DNA of 64,000 nucleotides from a virus. Taxonomy: Duplodnaviria > Caudoviricetes. A program made the translations under genes and the position numbers. This document shows, one piece after another, positions 29,234-39,823 of the stretch; within the stretch, counting starts at the first letter, position 1; each line of letters begins with the position of its first letter. The notes under the pieces were generated by a model. The model did no database searches. It had not been told where the DNA came from and saw only the letters and a program-made list of their open reading frames with translations. The stretch is from IMG/VR virus record IMGVR_UViG_3300032167_000006, one strand, 5' to 3'.

Positions 29234-29701
29234 TTAGAGATTAGAAATATCCCTAGTATCTATCATTCTGATAGGCATAAGTGTTGTTATAATATCTGCA
29301 CCATATGAAATAGCTTCAAACATTTTTAAAATTGCGTACCAATGTTTTGCTCTCATATTCTGCACAACTTGTTCATTAGAAGCACGTATTCTTTCTTCAA
29401 GTATATTACTTGACGGAAAAGGTTTAATGCCTCTATTTAAACATTCATTAATATAGAAATTTAATGAATTACAAATAACTACACTTGAATTATAGTTATC
29501 CTGTGCCTCAGCTATACATGCTTGTATAATCTGAGGGCTATGAAAATAATTATAATCTTGCTCCTGAATCATATCAAAACGAATATCTTTAACAATTCGT
29601 TTTACATTCTTACGAATCTCATCAAGAGGGATACGATTAAAGAAATTCGGATCATTATTTTGACCACGTTTCTCTGCAAAATAACTTTGTCTTCCTGCCA
29701 T
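29234..29701 (-). CDS. Hypothetical protein
   Basis: 155 aa, GGAGG RBS. Confidence 0.75.
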   Translation of the reverse strand: MAGRQSYFAEKRGQNNDPNFFNRIPLDEIRKNVKRIVKDIRFDMIQEQDYNYFHSPQIIQACIAEAQDNYNSSVVICNSLNFYINECLNRGIKPFPSSNILEERIRASNEQVVQNMRAKHWYAILKMFEAISYGADIITTLMPIRMIDTRDISNL

Positions 29702-29716
29702 TTCTCTTCACCTCCT

Positions 29717-30142
29717 TTATTCAAGATCTTGCGTATTAATATCTCCGTCCATAAAGGATTTCATATCAATACGTTCTTTGTTGTCGATTATAAGATTCAT
29801 ATCATTCATTCTCTTATAATCATCTTCATCCCAATCGCCTTTGATATAATCTTCTATATCAAATCCATCGGAATAGAATTCTCCGGCGTATTTCATAAAT
29901 GCGTAAATAGATTTACGCTCGGCAAGAGTTACGGATTCTACTAATACGAAACTATGCTCTAAATCAATATCGTCAATAACGTTTTTAATGTATTCATAAG
30001 CTTCAGTTCGACCTGTAACAAGATCCCATGAATCTTGAACTCCAGAATCTATTTTAGCTCTAATACAAATTAAGTATTGGCGGTCTTCAGGATGTTTCTT
30101 AGTATTATCCACAATCTTGACCATTTCTTTTAATTCTGCCAT
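29717..30142 (-). CDS. Hypothetical protein
   Basis: 141 aa, RBS, N-terminal KEMVKIV. Confidence 0.75.
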   Translation of the reverse strand: MAELKEMVKIVDNTKKHPEDRQYLICIRAKIDSGVQDSWDLVTGRTEAYEYIKNVIDDIDLEHSFVLVESVTLAERKSIYAFMKYAGEFYSDGFDIEDYIKGDWDEDDYKRMNDMNLIIDNKERIDMKSFMDGDINTQDLE

Positions 30143-30201
30143 AAATAAAATACCTCCTTTGTTTATTACACCTCTATAATATGCAATTTATTTAATTTTT
30201 A

Positions 30202-31419
30202 TTAGTTCATTTTTACATATATTAATGATGTATCTGCTCTCGATGCTCCAACCAAATTCATAGGTCTCTGAATATCACCGTGCATATATTCTTCAATATA
30301 TACAACCTTACTCCATTGACCACCTTGAGATAGATATGTAGTTATAGCATATGCAAATTCAAACATATTACCTTTAGAATACTTATTTTTACGTATAGAA
30401 TCTCTAATTTTATAATCTGAAATCATATGCTTATAATTACATCTTGTATTGAAAAATATAGCATTTGGAGCTAACTCTGGAGCTATAGTCATTGAGAATT
30501 GTTCACCATCATATGATGATACGTCTGGTTGACTTAATACTTTACATACTAATCCATTTGTAATATTAATTTCTGTACCATTAGAAAGTTCTACGCCTTC
30601 AAGCCAGTTATTAGATCTTGCTACAACTTTCTCTCCATATTGAGGCAAATCGGATGTATAACCTTTTAATTTTCTAACACGAGCATTTATTTCATCTCTT
30701 GTTCTATTTGTGCCACAGATTATAATATCTGCCCATAGCAACATATCATCTGTTAATGCACTTCTATTTATAACTAAACTATTACCATGATATCCGCTTA
30801 ATAATGGTAACCCCAATCCAGCCCTACCAGCTATAAAACTGATATCTTCTCTACCTAACTGACGCATACATTTAGTAAGATGATATATCTTACCATCGGT
30901 AAGAAATGCAGGTTCATCATTTACAGGCGGTAACTGATTTTGGTCACCACAAACTAGAATCTTTTTTCCAAATCGTTTTATGTGTTCTCCTACAGTTTTT
31001 GGCAAACAATATCCCTCATCAATTACAATAAGTTTAATGCTATCATCAAGTTTATGAACTAATCTAAACCTTGGTATCATAATAGGTACATTCAAAAGAA
31101 GGTCTTTTACAACATCTCCATTTTTATCTTTCATAGGTACTGCTTCTACATGATATATCCATGAATGTGCTGTTTTAGCATTAATAAAACCTTTCATTCT
31201 CATTACTAAAGAAGCTGTGCCTGTAAAACTCATAGGAGCTGTTTCTGTTAATATATCCAAATCAAGTTTTCGTATTATTTCCATCAATACAACAGATTTA
31301 CCTGCTCCTGGAACACCATCGTATTGAAATACTGGTTCATCGCTTTTATAAAACCAATCTACAGCTTCATCTACTACAAGCTGTTGTTCTTCATTAAGTA
31401 CGATCATAAATAATAACAC
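30202..31419 (-). CDS. Dda/RecD-like SF1B helicase
   Basis: GVPGAGKS, IVIDE, GDQNQLPPV, MRQ, AYAIT..SQG. Confidence 0.88.
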   Translation of the reverse strand: MLLFMIVLNEEQQLVVDEAVDWFYKSDEPVFQYDGVPGAGKSVVLMEIIRKLDLDILTETAPMSFTGTASLVMRMKGFINAKTAHSWIYHVEAVPMKDKNGDVVKDLLLNVPIMIPRFRLVHKLDDSIKLIVIDEGYCLPKTVGEHIKRFGKKILVCGDQNQLPPVNDEPAFLTDGKIYHLTKCMRQLGREDISFIAGRAGLGLPLLSGYHGNSLVINRSALTDDMLLWADIIICGTNRTRDEINARVRKLKGYTSDLPQYGEKVVARSNNWLEGVELSNGTEINITNGLVCKVLSQPDVSSYDGEQFSMTIAPELAPNAIFFNTRCNYKHMISDYKIRDSIRKNKYSKGNMFEFAYAITTYLSQGGQWSKVVYIEEYMHGDIQRPMNLVGASRADTSLIYVKMN

Positions 31420-31675
31420 CTTCTTTTATAAGACGCTTTTTCTCAGTTTTATTAATAATTAAAAAATCATCACCGTTTTTTAATTTATAATATTTAAGCA
31501 TCTTATCGCCATTTTCTAATAAAAATTTATTATATTCATCATCAGTCATTTCAACTTTATCTAAATATAAATTTAATTTATTATTACTAGAAATATATGT
31601 TTTTGCTATTTTTTCATTTAAACAAAATCCATTTAAATTATTATTTGATGATTCATACACCATCATAACTACCAT
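31394..31675 (-). CDS. Hypothetical protein
   Basis: 93-aa ORF in operon. Confidence 0.6.
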   Translation of the reverse strand: MVVMMVYESSNNNLNGFCLNEKIAKTYISSNNKLNLYLDKVEMTDDEYNKFLLENGDKMLKYYKLKNGDDFLIINKTEKKRLIKEGVIIYDRT

Positions 31676-31687
31676 ACTAGATAATCC

Positions 31688-32197
31688 TCACTTTTTATCT
31701 TTTTTATCTCTTTCAATAATAATATCCATATCATTAAAATCATATAAATGAGTGCGCTTAGTGATTTTACAAATCAAATTAAATACACGTACTGACTCAT
31801 TCATAAATGGATCTGATTTAATGCATTCAGTTTTTCCATTTTTAATATATGACATTGCAAATACACCCTTAGTACTTCCAGGTATTATACACTGATCTAA
31901 TGATAAAATGTCATTATGGATATGATCATGTAACCATGCATTAGCTAAAGTCTCACAAAGTTTTGGATTTTCTAAAAGATTAAAATCAATTTCATTAGCG
32001 TTTAATACAGGATATTCATAATCCCTGTATTTAAGGAATTTTTCATTAATAACAAGAGCATGATCTGTTTCTAAATTAAATACATGATCATTATCATCAA
32101 TATCAAGACCAGTTTCACGCATAAATGCGTCATTAAATATAAGTGTGGTTCTAAATATTTTTTCTTTTTGTTTCTTTGTCATAAAAGATCCCTCCAT
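31688..32197 (-). CDS. Hypothetical protein
   Basis: 169-aa ORF. Confidence 0.75.
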   Translation of the reverse strand: MEGSFMTKKQKEKIFRTTLIFNDAFMRETGLDIDDNDHVFNLETDHALVINEKFLKYRDYEYPVLNANEIDFNLLENPKLCETLANAWLHDHIHNDILSLDQCIIPGSTKGVFAMSYIKNGKTECIKSDPFMNESVRVFNLICKITKRTHLYDFNDMDIIIERDKKDKK

Positions 32198-32284
32198 AAA
32201 ATATTTATTATTTTCTTTGACATTGTTATAATATACATTTATAGTTTTATTTATGATTATTTTTAAGTCCGGAGGTGTATAAAA

Positions 32285-32677
32285 ATGAGCAAATTTGTAG
32301 GAAGCTTTACTAAGCAGATTAATCTTCAGACTGAAGTGGCTATATTACAAAAAAAGATATTAGCTTTCAAACCATGTTATGCTAAAGTAATAGTACCAGC
32401 TCTTATGGGGAATAATACAGATTATACAATAGATTTACCTATGCCATTACATCTATCTATTACATATGGAGATAAAGTAATTCCAGAGGGTACTAAATTA
32501 ATAATTCAAACAGTAGCTGGAAATTATAATGATTTTAGAATTATAGGATTTTATGATGATCCAAAACCATTTGATTTCATTTCTTTTATAAAAAAATATA
32601 TAACTGGAGAAGAAGATATATTACCAGATGATTATCGAAAATTTGATTATGATGAGATTACAGGGGGTGATATTTAA
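32285..32677 (+). CDS. Hypothetical late protein
   Basis: GGAGG RBS; GACA-TTGTTA-TA at 32219-32230. Confidence 0.75.
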   Translation: MSKFVGSFTKQINLQTEVAILQKKILAFKPCYAKVIVPALMGNNTDYTIDLPMPLHLSITYGDKVIPEGTKLIIQTVAGNYNDFRIIGFYDDPKPFDFISFIKKYITGEEDILPDDYRKFDYDEITGGDI

Positions 32678-33162
32678 TGCCTAATAGCAGTGTAATAGAA
32701 TATACATACGACTATCAAAAACCAGAAAAAACATGGACACTTGATCAATTTATAGCCTGTCAATCTGATACTGTATTTTGTTATAATAATTTATCTTTTA
32801 TAGATCAGATAGATAATATTAAGTATAACGTATATAATGTAGCTTCTGATTATATTGATGAGTTACGAGCTAAATACTGTATAGATGTAGAGTTAACAGA
32901 TGAACAATTAACAAAATATAAATATCGTCCTAAATTATTATGCTATGATATTTATGGCAGCCAGGAATTATATTATATAATTCTTATAATAAATGATATT
33001 TGTTCTATTAAAGATTTTGTAAAAAATAAAATAAAATTACCAACAAGAGATAATATGGCTGAACTTACCAAAGCAATAATGAATTCCAATAGAACAGATA
33101 TTCAAAAATATAATGATGCTAATATAAGAACCTCTGCAGAAATTGAAGAAAATAAAAAATAA
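32677..33162 (+). CDS. LysM-like/T4 gp53-like baseplate protein
   Basis: YRPKLLCYDIYGSQELYYIILIIN matches the gp53/LysM-like pattern. Confidence 0.6.
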   Translation: MPNSSVIEYTYDYQKPEKTWTLDQFIACQSDTVFCYNNLSFIDQIDNIKYNVYNVASDYIDELRAKYCIDVELTDEQLTKYKYRPKLLCYDIYGSQELYYIILIINDICSIKDFVKNKIKLPTRDNMAELTKAIMNSNRTDIQKYNDANIRTSAEIEENKK

Positions 33163-33195
33163 AATATTTACAAATAATATCCCAGGTAGGTGATC

Positions 33196-34917
33196 CTACC
33201 TGGGAACTATTGTGCACATTACTTTTTTACCATTTATAATATTACTATTATTAAAATATTCAAGGTTTCTAGATGCAAATCCTGATGCATTTGCAAACAT
33301 ATTTTCCACATCATCAGATGGTAATTTAACATCATTAAATTCTACTATTTTACCAACTGCTCCATTACTTGGTGCGGCGCCATTCAATTCTACTTGTTCT
33401 CTCATAGTTATCTTATGAACTGGTACTGGCGAGAAAATATCTTCAACAAATTTAATGGTCTTACTAATATAAGGTAGATAACAAGTATGAAGATCATTAT
33501 TAATATAATATCTACTTTTTACTCGTTGTATACCAAGATATCTATTATTATCTTTATCATATTCTGGAGCTATCAGACAAATCCAGTCACTATTCTCAAG
33601 AATAAGATTAGATTCACCAACATTAGCTCTGCCAATAAGTCTTACTAAATCTGCTTTATTCTTAATACGAGCTTCGTCTACAGAACTTGTTGCTGTTCTA
33701 TTCAACTGAGAAGCTGTGATAACAGGAATATTTTTAAGCGTAGCAAATGTTTTAAATTCATTTATAACTGCACCTAATTGTAATCTTAAATCGCCACCAA
33801 ATGCACCTTCAACTGAACGAATACGTTTCATATAGTCTTGAAGTATACATATAACTTCATATCCTTCATCTTCAAGATCTTCGGTTAATGTATAAAGATA
33901 GCTTGTATCTACAGATAAATTTGGTTTAAATTTAATAATAATATCAATAGGATCATCAGTTGTCATTCTTAAGTTACCTTGATTCTTAAGTATTTCAATT
34001 GCATCTTCCAAAGAATAATTGAGCATACCTGAACCAACACACATGCTAAATAATCTTTCTACAGATTCTTTAACACCATTTTCCATAACAAGCAATACAA
34101 CACATGGTCTTTTTGTTGGATCAGCACATTGATAATTACGATTATATCTTTTAATCTGAATTGCCATATCGAGCAATGTACTAGATTTACCTTCACCAGG
34201 TAATCCTAATATGGTATAAACTCTACCGGCTTCAACACCGCCACCTGTTAATGCATTTAAAGCTTGTACACCAAACTGAAGTTTATTAGATGGTGATGAT
34301 AACTGACGATACGTGTCCGTCATTGCTTCTATAAATGTATCTCCATCTAATGAGAATGTTATATCCTCAGCAGTATCAGCTTTAGATCTACGAAACTTAA
34401 CTTGTAAAGCATTAACCCAATCTTCAATTTCTTTAACAACAGCCCCTCTATTAATATAGTCTGTTGCTTTAAATTTAGTTAATAGAGCTAATCCTTTATC
34501 TATATCATTATATATAATCGCATATTTAAGAGTTTCTGATACTGTATTATTAACCCACTGAACTTCATTATTATTAAGCTCAGAAAGTCCATCTATTTTT
34601 TCACCGCCAAGACCACCTGCGATTTGGCTTAATATCATATTTTTATTATTAAGGTTATGGGTTAATCTAGCATCTATACCTTTCATAATAAAATCTATTC
34701 TTGATAAACGTTCTTGATCACCATTATAATTATCCATATTCATAGTAAGAAACAAGTTTCTCATATTAATAACATTTCCTCTATGAATATTTCTATTTTC
34801 ACTTACTATATAAGCACACATTAAGTCAAGTTCTGTAATATCAAACTTGACATCAATAACAAAATTTTGATTCTTTATAGGTGAACCAGGACCATATCTC
34901 TGCCTTCTATTTTCCAT
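33196..34917 (-). CDS. dnaB: DnaB-like replicative helicase
   Basis: GLPGEGKS, MEN, QDYM, PVITASQLNR, KSR; ends KKVMCTIVPR. Confidence 0.9.
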   Translation of the reverse strand: MENRRQRYGPGSPIKNQNFVIDVKFDITELDLMCAYIVSENRNIHRGNVINMRNLFLTMNMDNYNGDQERLSRIDFIMKGIDARLTHNLNNKNMILSQIAGGLGGEKIDGLSELNNNEVQWVNNTVSETLKYAIIYNDIDKGLALLTKFKATDYINRGAVVKEIEDWVNALQVKFRRSKADTAEDITFSLDGDTFIEAMTDTYRQLSSPSNKLQFGVQALNALTGGGVEAGRVYTILGLPGEGKSSTLLDMAIQIKRYNRNYQCADPTKRPCVVLLVMENGVKESVERLFSMCVGSGMLNYSLEDAIEILKNQGNLRMTTDDPIDIIIKFKPNLSVDTSYLYTLTEDLEDEGYEVICILQDYMKRIRSVEGAFGGDLRLQLGAVINEFKTFATLKNIPVITASQLNRTATSSVDEARIKNKADLVRLIGRANVGESNLILENSDWICLIAPEYDKDNNRYLGIQRVKSRYYINNDLHTCYLPYISKTIKFVEDIFSPVPVHKITMREQVELNGAAPSNGAVGKIVEFNDVKLPSDDVENMFANASGFASRNLEYFNNSNIINGKKVMCTIVPR

Positions 34918-34943
34918 GGTTTCCCTCCTAACCTAGACTTGTG

Positions 34944-34955
34944 TATTTAAATGTC
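34944..34955 (-). promoter_or_regulatory. ACA-N6-TA motif within an inverted repeat
   Basis: GACA-TTTAAA-TA upstream of dnaB. Confidence 0.55.
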
Positions 34956-34987
34956 TAGGTTAATAATATAATTAAATTTATTTGGTA

Positions 34988-35431
34988 TTATTCATCTTTA
35001 TCCCAAGTGACATCTAAATTACCATGCATCGCCATTTTTCTCAATGTTTGTCTTTTTTGCCATTCTTCACATTCTGATTCTAGTAATTTTTGATATTCTT
35101 CACAACTTTCAATCATATTTCTAACTGTATTAATTTTTATATTAGTATATGAGTGATCATAATTTACTTTAACCCATGATATTAGTAAAAATCCTATGAT
35201 GTAAATACCACAAAATATACCAATTGATTTTAAACATGGTAACCAGCCTTTAGTCACACTTATATAAATACTCGATATAACCATAAACCAAACTGCAATA
35301 GTTTTTATTGTACGAGTAAAGCATTCAAATAAAGCATAATTAGCTGCAAATTTAATATCTATATCAATAACTTTAGATGATATTTCTTTTTCGCATTCAT
35401 CTATAGTTTTATAATAATAAATATTTCTCAT
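34988..35431 (-). CDS. Membrane protein
   Basis: Two hydrophobic helices. Confidence 0.7.
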   Translation of the reverse strand: MRNIYYYKTIDECEKEISSKVIDIDIKFAANYALFECFTRTIKTIAVWFMVISSIYISVTKGWLPCLKSIGIFCGIYIIGFLLISWVKVNYDHSYTNIKINTVRNMIESCEEYQKLLESECEEWQKRQTLRKMAMHGNLDVTWDKDE

Positions 35432-35433
35432 TT

Positions 35434-36582
35434 CTATAAATCTCCTTCTAATAATTTAATTAATTCATCTGATGATATAAATTCGTAACCTTCATTTTGA
35501 TTTACATACATTACGAATTTATCATAATCTGATATTTCATTATCAAGAATATAAGAATATTGGATATTCTGCTCTAAAATAGTTTGATCTATTTCTTGCA
35601 TTTGTTTATCCTTTTTATCTAATTCTTGTAATTTTACATTGTTAGAGTTTCTAAAATAGTTTCTAACAATATTCATATTTTCATTAGCATTATTAAATTG
35701 AACTCTAATGTAATCTATTCCTTGTTCTTCCTTAATCCTTTTAATATAATCAATAATATCTTTAGGATCAGATTTAATCAAGTGATCAATATTGATAGTA
35801 TTATAAATATAACTATCAATAGGAATTAGCTCAGTATAATGAGCTCTTTTATTTGGATTATAAAGAGTTACTAGAAATCCTTTTTCTTGTTCCTCTCCAA
35901 ATCTAAATCTTAATGGACTTCCATTATAATAAGCATACTCCTGATAACATCCAGGAATATGATAATGTCCCATAAGAATAACCCCTGCACAATTACAAAA
36001 TGAGTTAATTGAAAATACAGGAGCATGATTGCTTTTTAAAGTAGCAATTTCAGAACCTTTAAATGAATCTTTAAAAGTTCCATGCATTAAACAAATATCA
36101 TATCTACCTGAATTAAATAATACTTCATTATATTCTTCTTCAGGTATACCATATCGTTCTGGAATGCATAAAATATTTAATCCTTTAACTTGTTCGAATT
36201 GTATTTTTTCTACGATCCTGACATCTAAGTTTGGATTATTCATGTAATGATAGAATAATGATAATTGACCATTATCATGACTTTGAGTTCCATCTACTAT
36301 AATAAGTGTAGCATTTTTACTAGCACATAAATTAACAATATCATTTACCAATTGCATGGTATATGATATTATAGGATTATTACTCATAAATCTAGAATCA
36401 AATATATCTCCACATATTGCAAGTATATCAAAATCTAAATTTATTAATTTATCTATAAATTGTTGTTTTAGCTGAGTGTACATATAATGCGGATCTAAAG
36501 CCCCCATATGTATATCAGATATTGAGACAATTTTATATACGTCCTTATCCATAATATTCCTCAACTGTTCCACGTAGTGCAA
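35434..36582 (-). CDS. SbcD/Mre11-like metallophosphoesterase nuclease
   Basis: SDIH, GDIFD, GTQSHD, MHG, GHYH, GS. Confidence 0.87.
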   Translation of the reverse strand: MHYVEQLRNIMDKDVYKIVSISDIHMGALDPHYMYTQLKQQFIDKLINLDFDILAICGDIFDSRFMSNNPIISYTMQLVNDIVNLCASKNATLIIVDGTQSHDNGQLSLFYHYMNNPNLDVRIVEKIQFEQVKGLNILCIPERYGIPEEEYNEVLFNSGRYDICLMHGTFKDSFKGSEIATLKSNHAPVFSINSFCNCAGVILMGHYHIPGCYQEYAYYNGSPLRFRFGEEQEKGFLVTLYNPNKRAHYTELIPIDSYIYNTINIDHLIKSDPKDIIDYIKRIKEEQGIDYIRVQFNNANENMNIVRNYFRNSNNVKLQELDKKDKQMQEIDQTILEQNIQYSYILDNEISDYDKFVMYVNQNEGYEFISSDELIKLLEGDL

Positions 36583-37255
36583 TTACATTATCAATTGTAC
36601 CTACTAATCTTTTAAATACTTTTTCCATATCCATATTAGTAGTATCTATCATGCTGTGCACTGCACCAATAGTATTAACATCTTGTATATATAATCTAGA
36701 ATAAGCATCATTAATCTTCTTATAATCTTCTATAGGAAGTACATCATGCTTATTTCTTTCATGTCCTTCGGCTGCAGCTCTCTCTATAGCAACCTTTGGA
36801 TCGCATAATAATGTGAATTCTAATATATAACTAGAATCAATTATAGGTTTTTTAACCATACTTTCACACTGTTCGATAAATTTCATATTTCCATTTTTAA
36901 GTATTCCTTGATATACTTTAGTGGATTTAGCAAATCTATCTAATATTACCAAACATCCATCATTTAATGCAGGTAATAAATTATTATTTATATTAATATT
37001 TCTAGCGGCATTCATTAACAGAATTTCTGTAGTAGGATCCATTTCATTATAAAGAATCATATTACGAATATTTTCTGCTATTTCATTTCCGCCAGGTTCT
37101 CTAAAATATTTAGTATTATAACCTTTATCATTATAATATTCTACTAATTTTTTAGCTTGAGAAGTTTTTCCTGCCCCTTCTCCGCCTTCAAGTATTACTA
37201 ATAAACCTTTAGTTATTTTTTTCATAATAAAATATCCTCCATATTTATATTTCAT
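36545..37255 (-). CDS. tmk: Thymidylate (dNMP) kinase
   Basis: EGGEGAGKTS, REPGG, AAR, DRF. Confidence 0.92.
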   Translation of the reverse strand: MKYKYGGYFIMKKITKGLLVILEGGEGAGKTSQAKKLVEYYNDKGYNTKYFREPGGNEIAENIRNMILYNEMDPTTEILLMNAARNININNNLLPALNDGCLVILDRFAKSTKVYQGILKNGNMKFIEQCESMVKKPIIDSSYILEFTLLCDPKVAIERAAAEGHERNKHDVLPIEDYKKINDAYSRLYIQDVNTIGAVHSMIDTTNMDMEKVFKRLVGTIDNVIALRGTVEEYYG

Positions 37256-37429
37256 ACTTATAATATATCATTATATCTTTATTTCGCTTTAAATTATATT
37301 CCAACATATTTGTAAAAGTTATTTGATAACTTTTATGTGATGGTAAGACCGTTGCAAGGTAAAATATTTGTTCATTTTTGTTCTCCGGTACGAACCCCAA
37401 GAGGTTAACTCCTCTTGGGGGTAGTATCA

Positions 37430-37936
37430 TCAAAATTTTTTGTTTTTAAAATAATATGTAATTAATTCACATACTCCGTCCATTAAGCATGATGTAATAA
37501 ACAAAAACTTTTCTTGATCGTAAATATCTATAAATTGATAATCGCCATCTATAAAAGTTATATATTCTTTTTCTGATTTTGTATTTTGACCTCTGCGTTC
37601 TATCTCAATATTAATTGTTCTAGATTCCTTAAGCAATACAAATCCTATGGTAAAAGAATCTTTTTGTTTATAAAACATACTACATGCTGTTGATCTAGTG
37701 TAACCCTTTGGCAGGGTTCCAGTGAATAAATGTAATGAATCATTGTTTCCATACATATACGTATTTCTAAGAATTCTAATGAATTCATCTATACGACACA
37801 TCTGATCAAATGACGGGCTTAATTTTTTACATTTTTTAATAAGTTTTCTATAAGCTCTCCAAGCCTTGATATCAAATTTATGTTTTCGCATAATAATGGG
37901 CTTTATAAATTCATTAACATTATCCATCTTTATCAC
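37430..37936 (-). CDS. Hypothetical protein
   Basis: 168-aa ORF. Confidence 0.7.
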   Translation of the reverse strand: MIKMDNVNEFIKPIIMRKHKFDIKAWRAYRKLIKKCKKLSPSFDQMCRIDEFIRILRNTYMYGNNDSLHLFTGTLPKGYTRSTACSMFYKQKDSFTIGFVLLKESRTINIEIERRGQNTKSEKEYITFIDGDYQFIDIYDQEKFLFITSCLMDGVCELITYYFKNKKF

Positions 37937-37967
37937 CTCTATTCTATTTCATTATTTTAATGCTTTA

Positions 37968-38432
37968 TTAAATATATCTAGTAGCTTCGAAGATAATATC
38001 TAAATATATATTTTTTAAATCATCTGTTAATGGTTCCCATATTTTATTTATTATACTACTATTTTTAGTATTACGATAAATAGTATATGATATATTTTTA
38101 TCTGTTATTTCAAATCTATTAGATTTTGGATAATAAGTAACTATAGATTCATTCTTATAACCATCAATTGTACAATACGTGCCCATATCTATATTTATAA
38201 AATTTATATCATATGTAACACCCCATACAGATTCAGATGGTAACTCTTTTAAACTAAGCAGGAAAGTAATAATATTATCAGAAGCATCAAATATATCTAA
38301 ATTTAAAAATTTATTTATATTATTATTTAATAATTTATTTTCTTTATATATAGATACTATCTTCCATTTAGGTAACTGATTAATATGAATTTTACTTAAA
38401 CATATGGCATGAATTAAATTCATAATATTCAA
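37968..38432 (-). CDS. Hypothetical protein
   Basis: 154-aa ORF. Confidence 0.7.
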   Translation of the reverse strand: MNIMNLIHAICLSKIHINQLPKWKIVSIYKENKLLNNNINKFLNLDIFDASDNIITFLLSLKELPSESVWGVTYDINFINIDMGTYCTIDGYKNESIVTYYPKSNRFEITDKNISYTIYRNTKNSSIINKIWEPLTDDLKNIYLDIIFEATRYI

Positions 38433-39227
38433 CTAAAATACCTCCCAATTAAGATTTTTATATGCATTTTCTATATTTATAATATTATAATATGAATTAA
38501 CAAGAGAGAGGAATGTATATTCACAGTCGTTAATATATTTTAAATGATCTGGGTTAGTGAAGTTTAAAACAAATTCATTATAAGAAACACTATTTTTTGA
38601 TAATTGTAATATAATACATCCATCTATTTCTATACCAAGCTCATTACGAAGCATATAACGATATGCGGCTAATTGTAAAATATATTTAAAAGTAATATGA
38701 TTACTAGTCTTATAATCTACTAAATATATTTTACCATTAATTTCATATAATCCATCTAATGTGCCGCCAAAATATTTGCATGCTAAAGATTTTTCATGGA
38801 AAATAACTCTTACGTTTGCTGCATTATTTATATCTGTAAACCATTTTAAAAATGATTGATATGCATTATAAGATTGATTTGGCATAGATGTAGCATCTGC
38901 TTCATAATTATCATTACTTAAAAAGTTATCTATGTTTTCATGAGCATGATGTCCTACGTTAGCTGCAGCATCTAAAGTTTTAGCATATGATTGATGCTTA
39001 AATCCTAAAGAATTAGCCCAATACATAAGTGAGTCTGAATGTATGCATTTTGAAAGTATTTTTGTAACTCTGGGTACAATTATACCATTATGAATATAGT
39101 CAGATTCTACATTTATAGGTGGCATTTTTTCTAATATTTTTACCATTTCATTCATTTGAACTATTATCCCCATAGCGTTTTTCAAATTCTTGAATTGCTT
39201 CTTTTGCAATTTCATCAATTGTGCCAT
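38433..39227 (-). CDS. PD-(D/E)XK nuclease (Cas4/RecB-like exonuclease)
   Basis: PRVTKIL, G..AH, GGTLD..LVDYKTS, QLAAY; probable start MNEMVKIL. Confidence 0.85.
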   Translation of the reverse strand: MAQLMKLQKKQFKNLKNAMGIIVQMNEMVKILEKMPPINVESDYIHNGIIVPRVTKILSKCIHSDSLMYWANSLGFKHQSYAKTLDAAANVGHHAHENIDNFLSNDNYEADATSMPNQSYNAYQSFLKWFTDINNAANVRVIFHEKSLACKYFGGTLDGLYEINGKIYLVDYKTSNHITFKYILQLAAYRYMLRNELGIEIDGCIILQLSKNSVSYNEFVLNFTNPDHLKYINDCEYTFLSLVNSYYNIINIENAYKNLNWEVF

Positions 39228-39705
39228 ATGGTATAAACCATATATTTTCTATAACATATTTAAGATTATTGTACACAATTTTTATTTCTTCACTATTTCC
39301 ACTTTTTACAGTATCTCTTGATATATTACCTAATTCCACAACTACATCTTTATAGAACATTGGTCTTAGTAATAAGCTACTTAAAATTCTATTAATTACC
39401 CAAAGTTTACTAACTTGAATAGCGTTAATACCTTCAAGAGCATATAAGCTACCATATATTATCTGGCAGCATTCAATAACATGGCGATTTTCAAATGATA
39501 GCAATGTATCATTAGTTAAATCTTCAGTATCTTTAACTTTATCAATATATGATTTTACATTTGGAAGAGTCATCAAATACATACCGACTATAGCATTTGG
39601 ATTTTCTATATTAAAGTTAATTTTATGAACAGGGCTTCCTGATTTGATTTTCTTTAAAAAATCATTATATTCGTCCATACTAAACTCTTGTTTATTATTT
39701 TCCAT
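39148..39705 (-). CDS. Hypothetical protein
   Basis: 185-aa ORF, GGAGG RBS. Confidence 0.75.
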   Translation of the reverse strand: MENNKQEFSMDEYNDFLKKIKSGSPVHKINFNIENPNAIVGMYLMTLPNVKSYIDKVKDTEDLTNDTLLSFENRHVIECCQIIYGSLYALEGINAIQVSKLWVINRILSSLLLRPMFYKDVVVELGNISRDTVKSGNSEEIKIVYNNLKYVIENIWFIPYGTIDEIAKEAIQEFEKRYGDNSSNE

Positions 39706-39785
39706 TTTTACACGCCTCCATTTTATATCATTTTTATATTAAATGTAGTTAACTTTTTATATTTTAAATATTCCAAAATAGCCAA

Positions 39786-39797
39786 AACATCTTATTA
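39786..39797 (+). promoter_or_regulatory. AACA-N6-TA late-type promoter
   Basis: AACA-TCTTAT-TA upstream of putative structural operon. Confidence 0.6.
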
Positions 39798-39823
39798 AAT
39801 AATCATGCAGGAGGTGCTCCAAA

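Noticed and set aside
37245-37433. 62-aa ORF
   Set aside because: Runs across a terminator-like hairpin (CCCCAAGAGG/CCTCTTGGGG); probably intergenic
38433-39227. Cas4 as part of a CRISPR system
   Set aside because: No four-Cys Fe-S motif and no array; an ordinary phage PD-(D/E)XK nuclease
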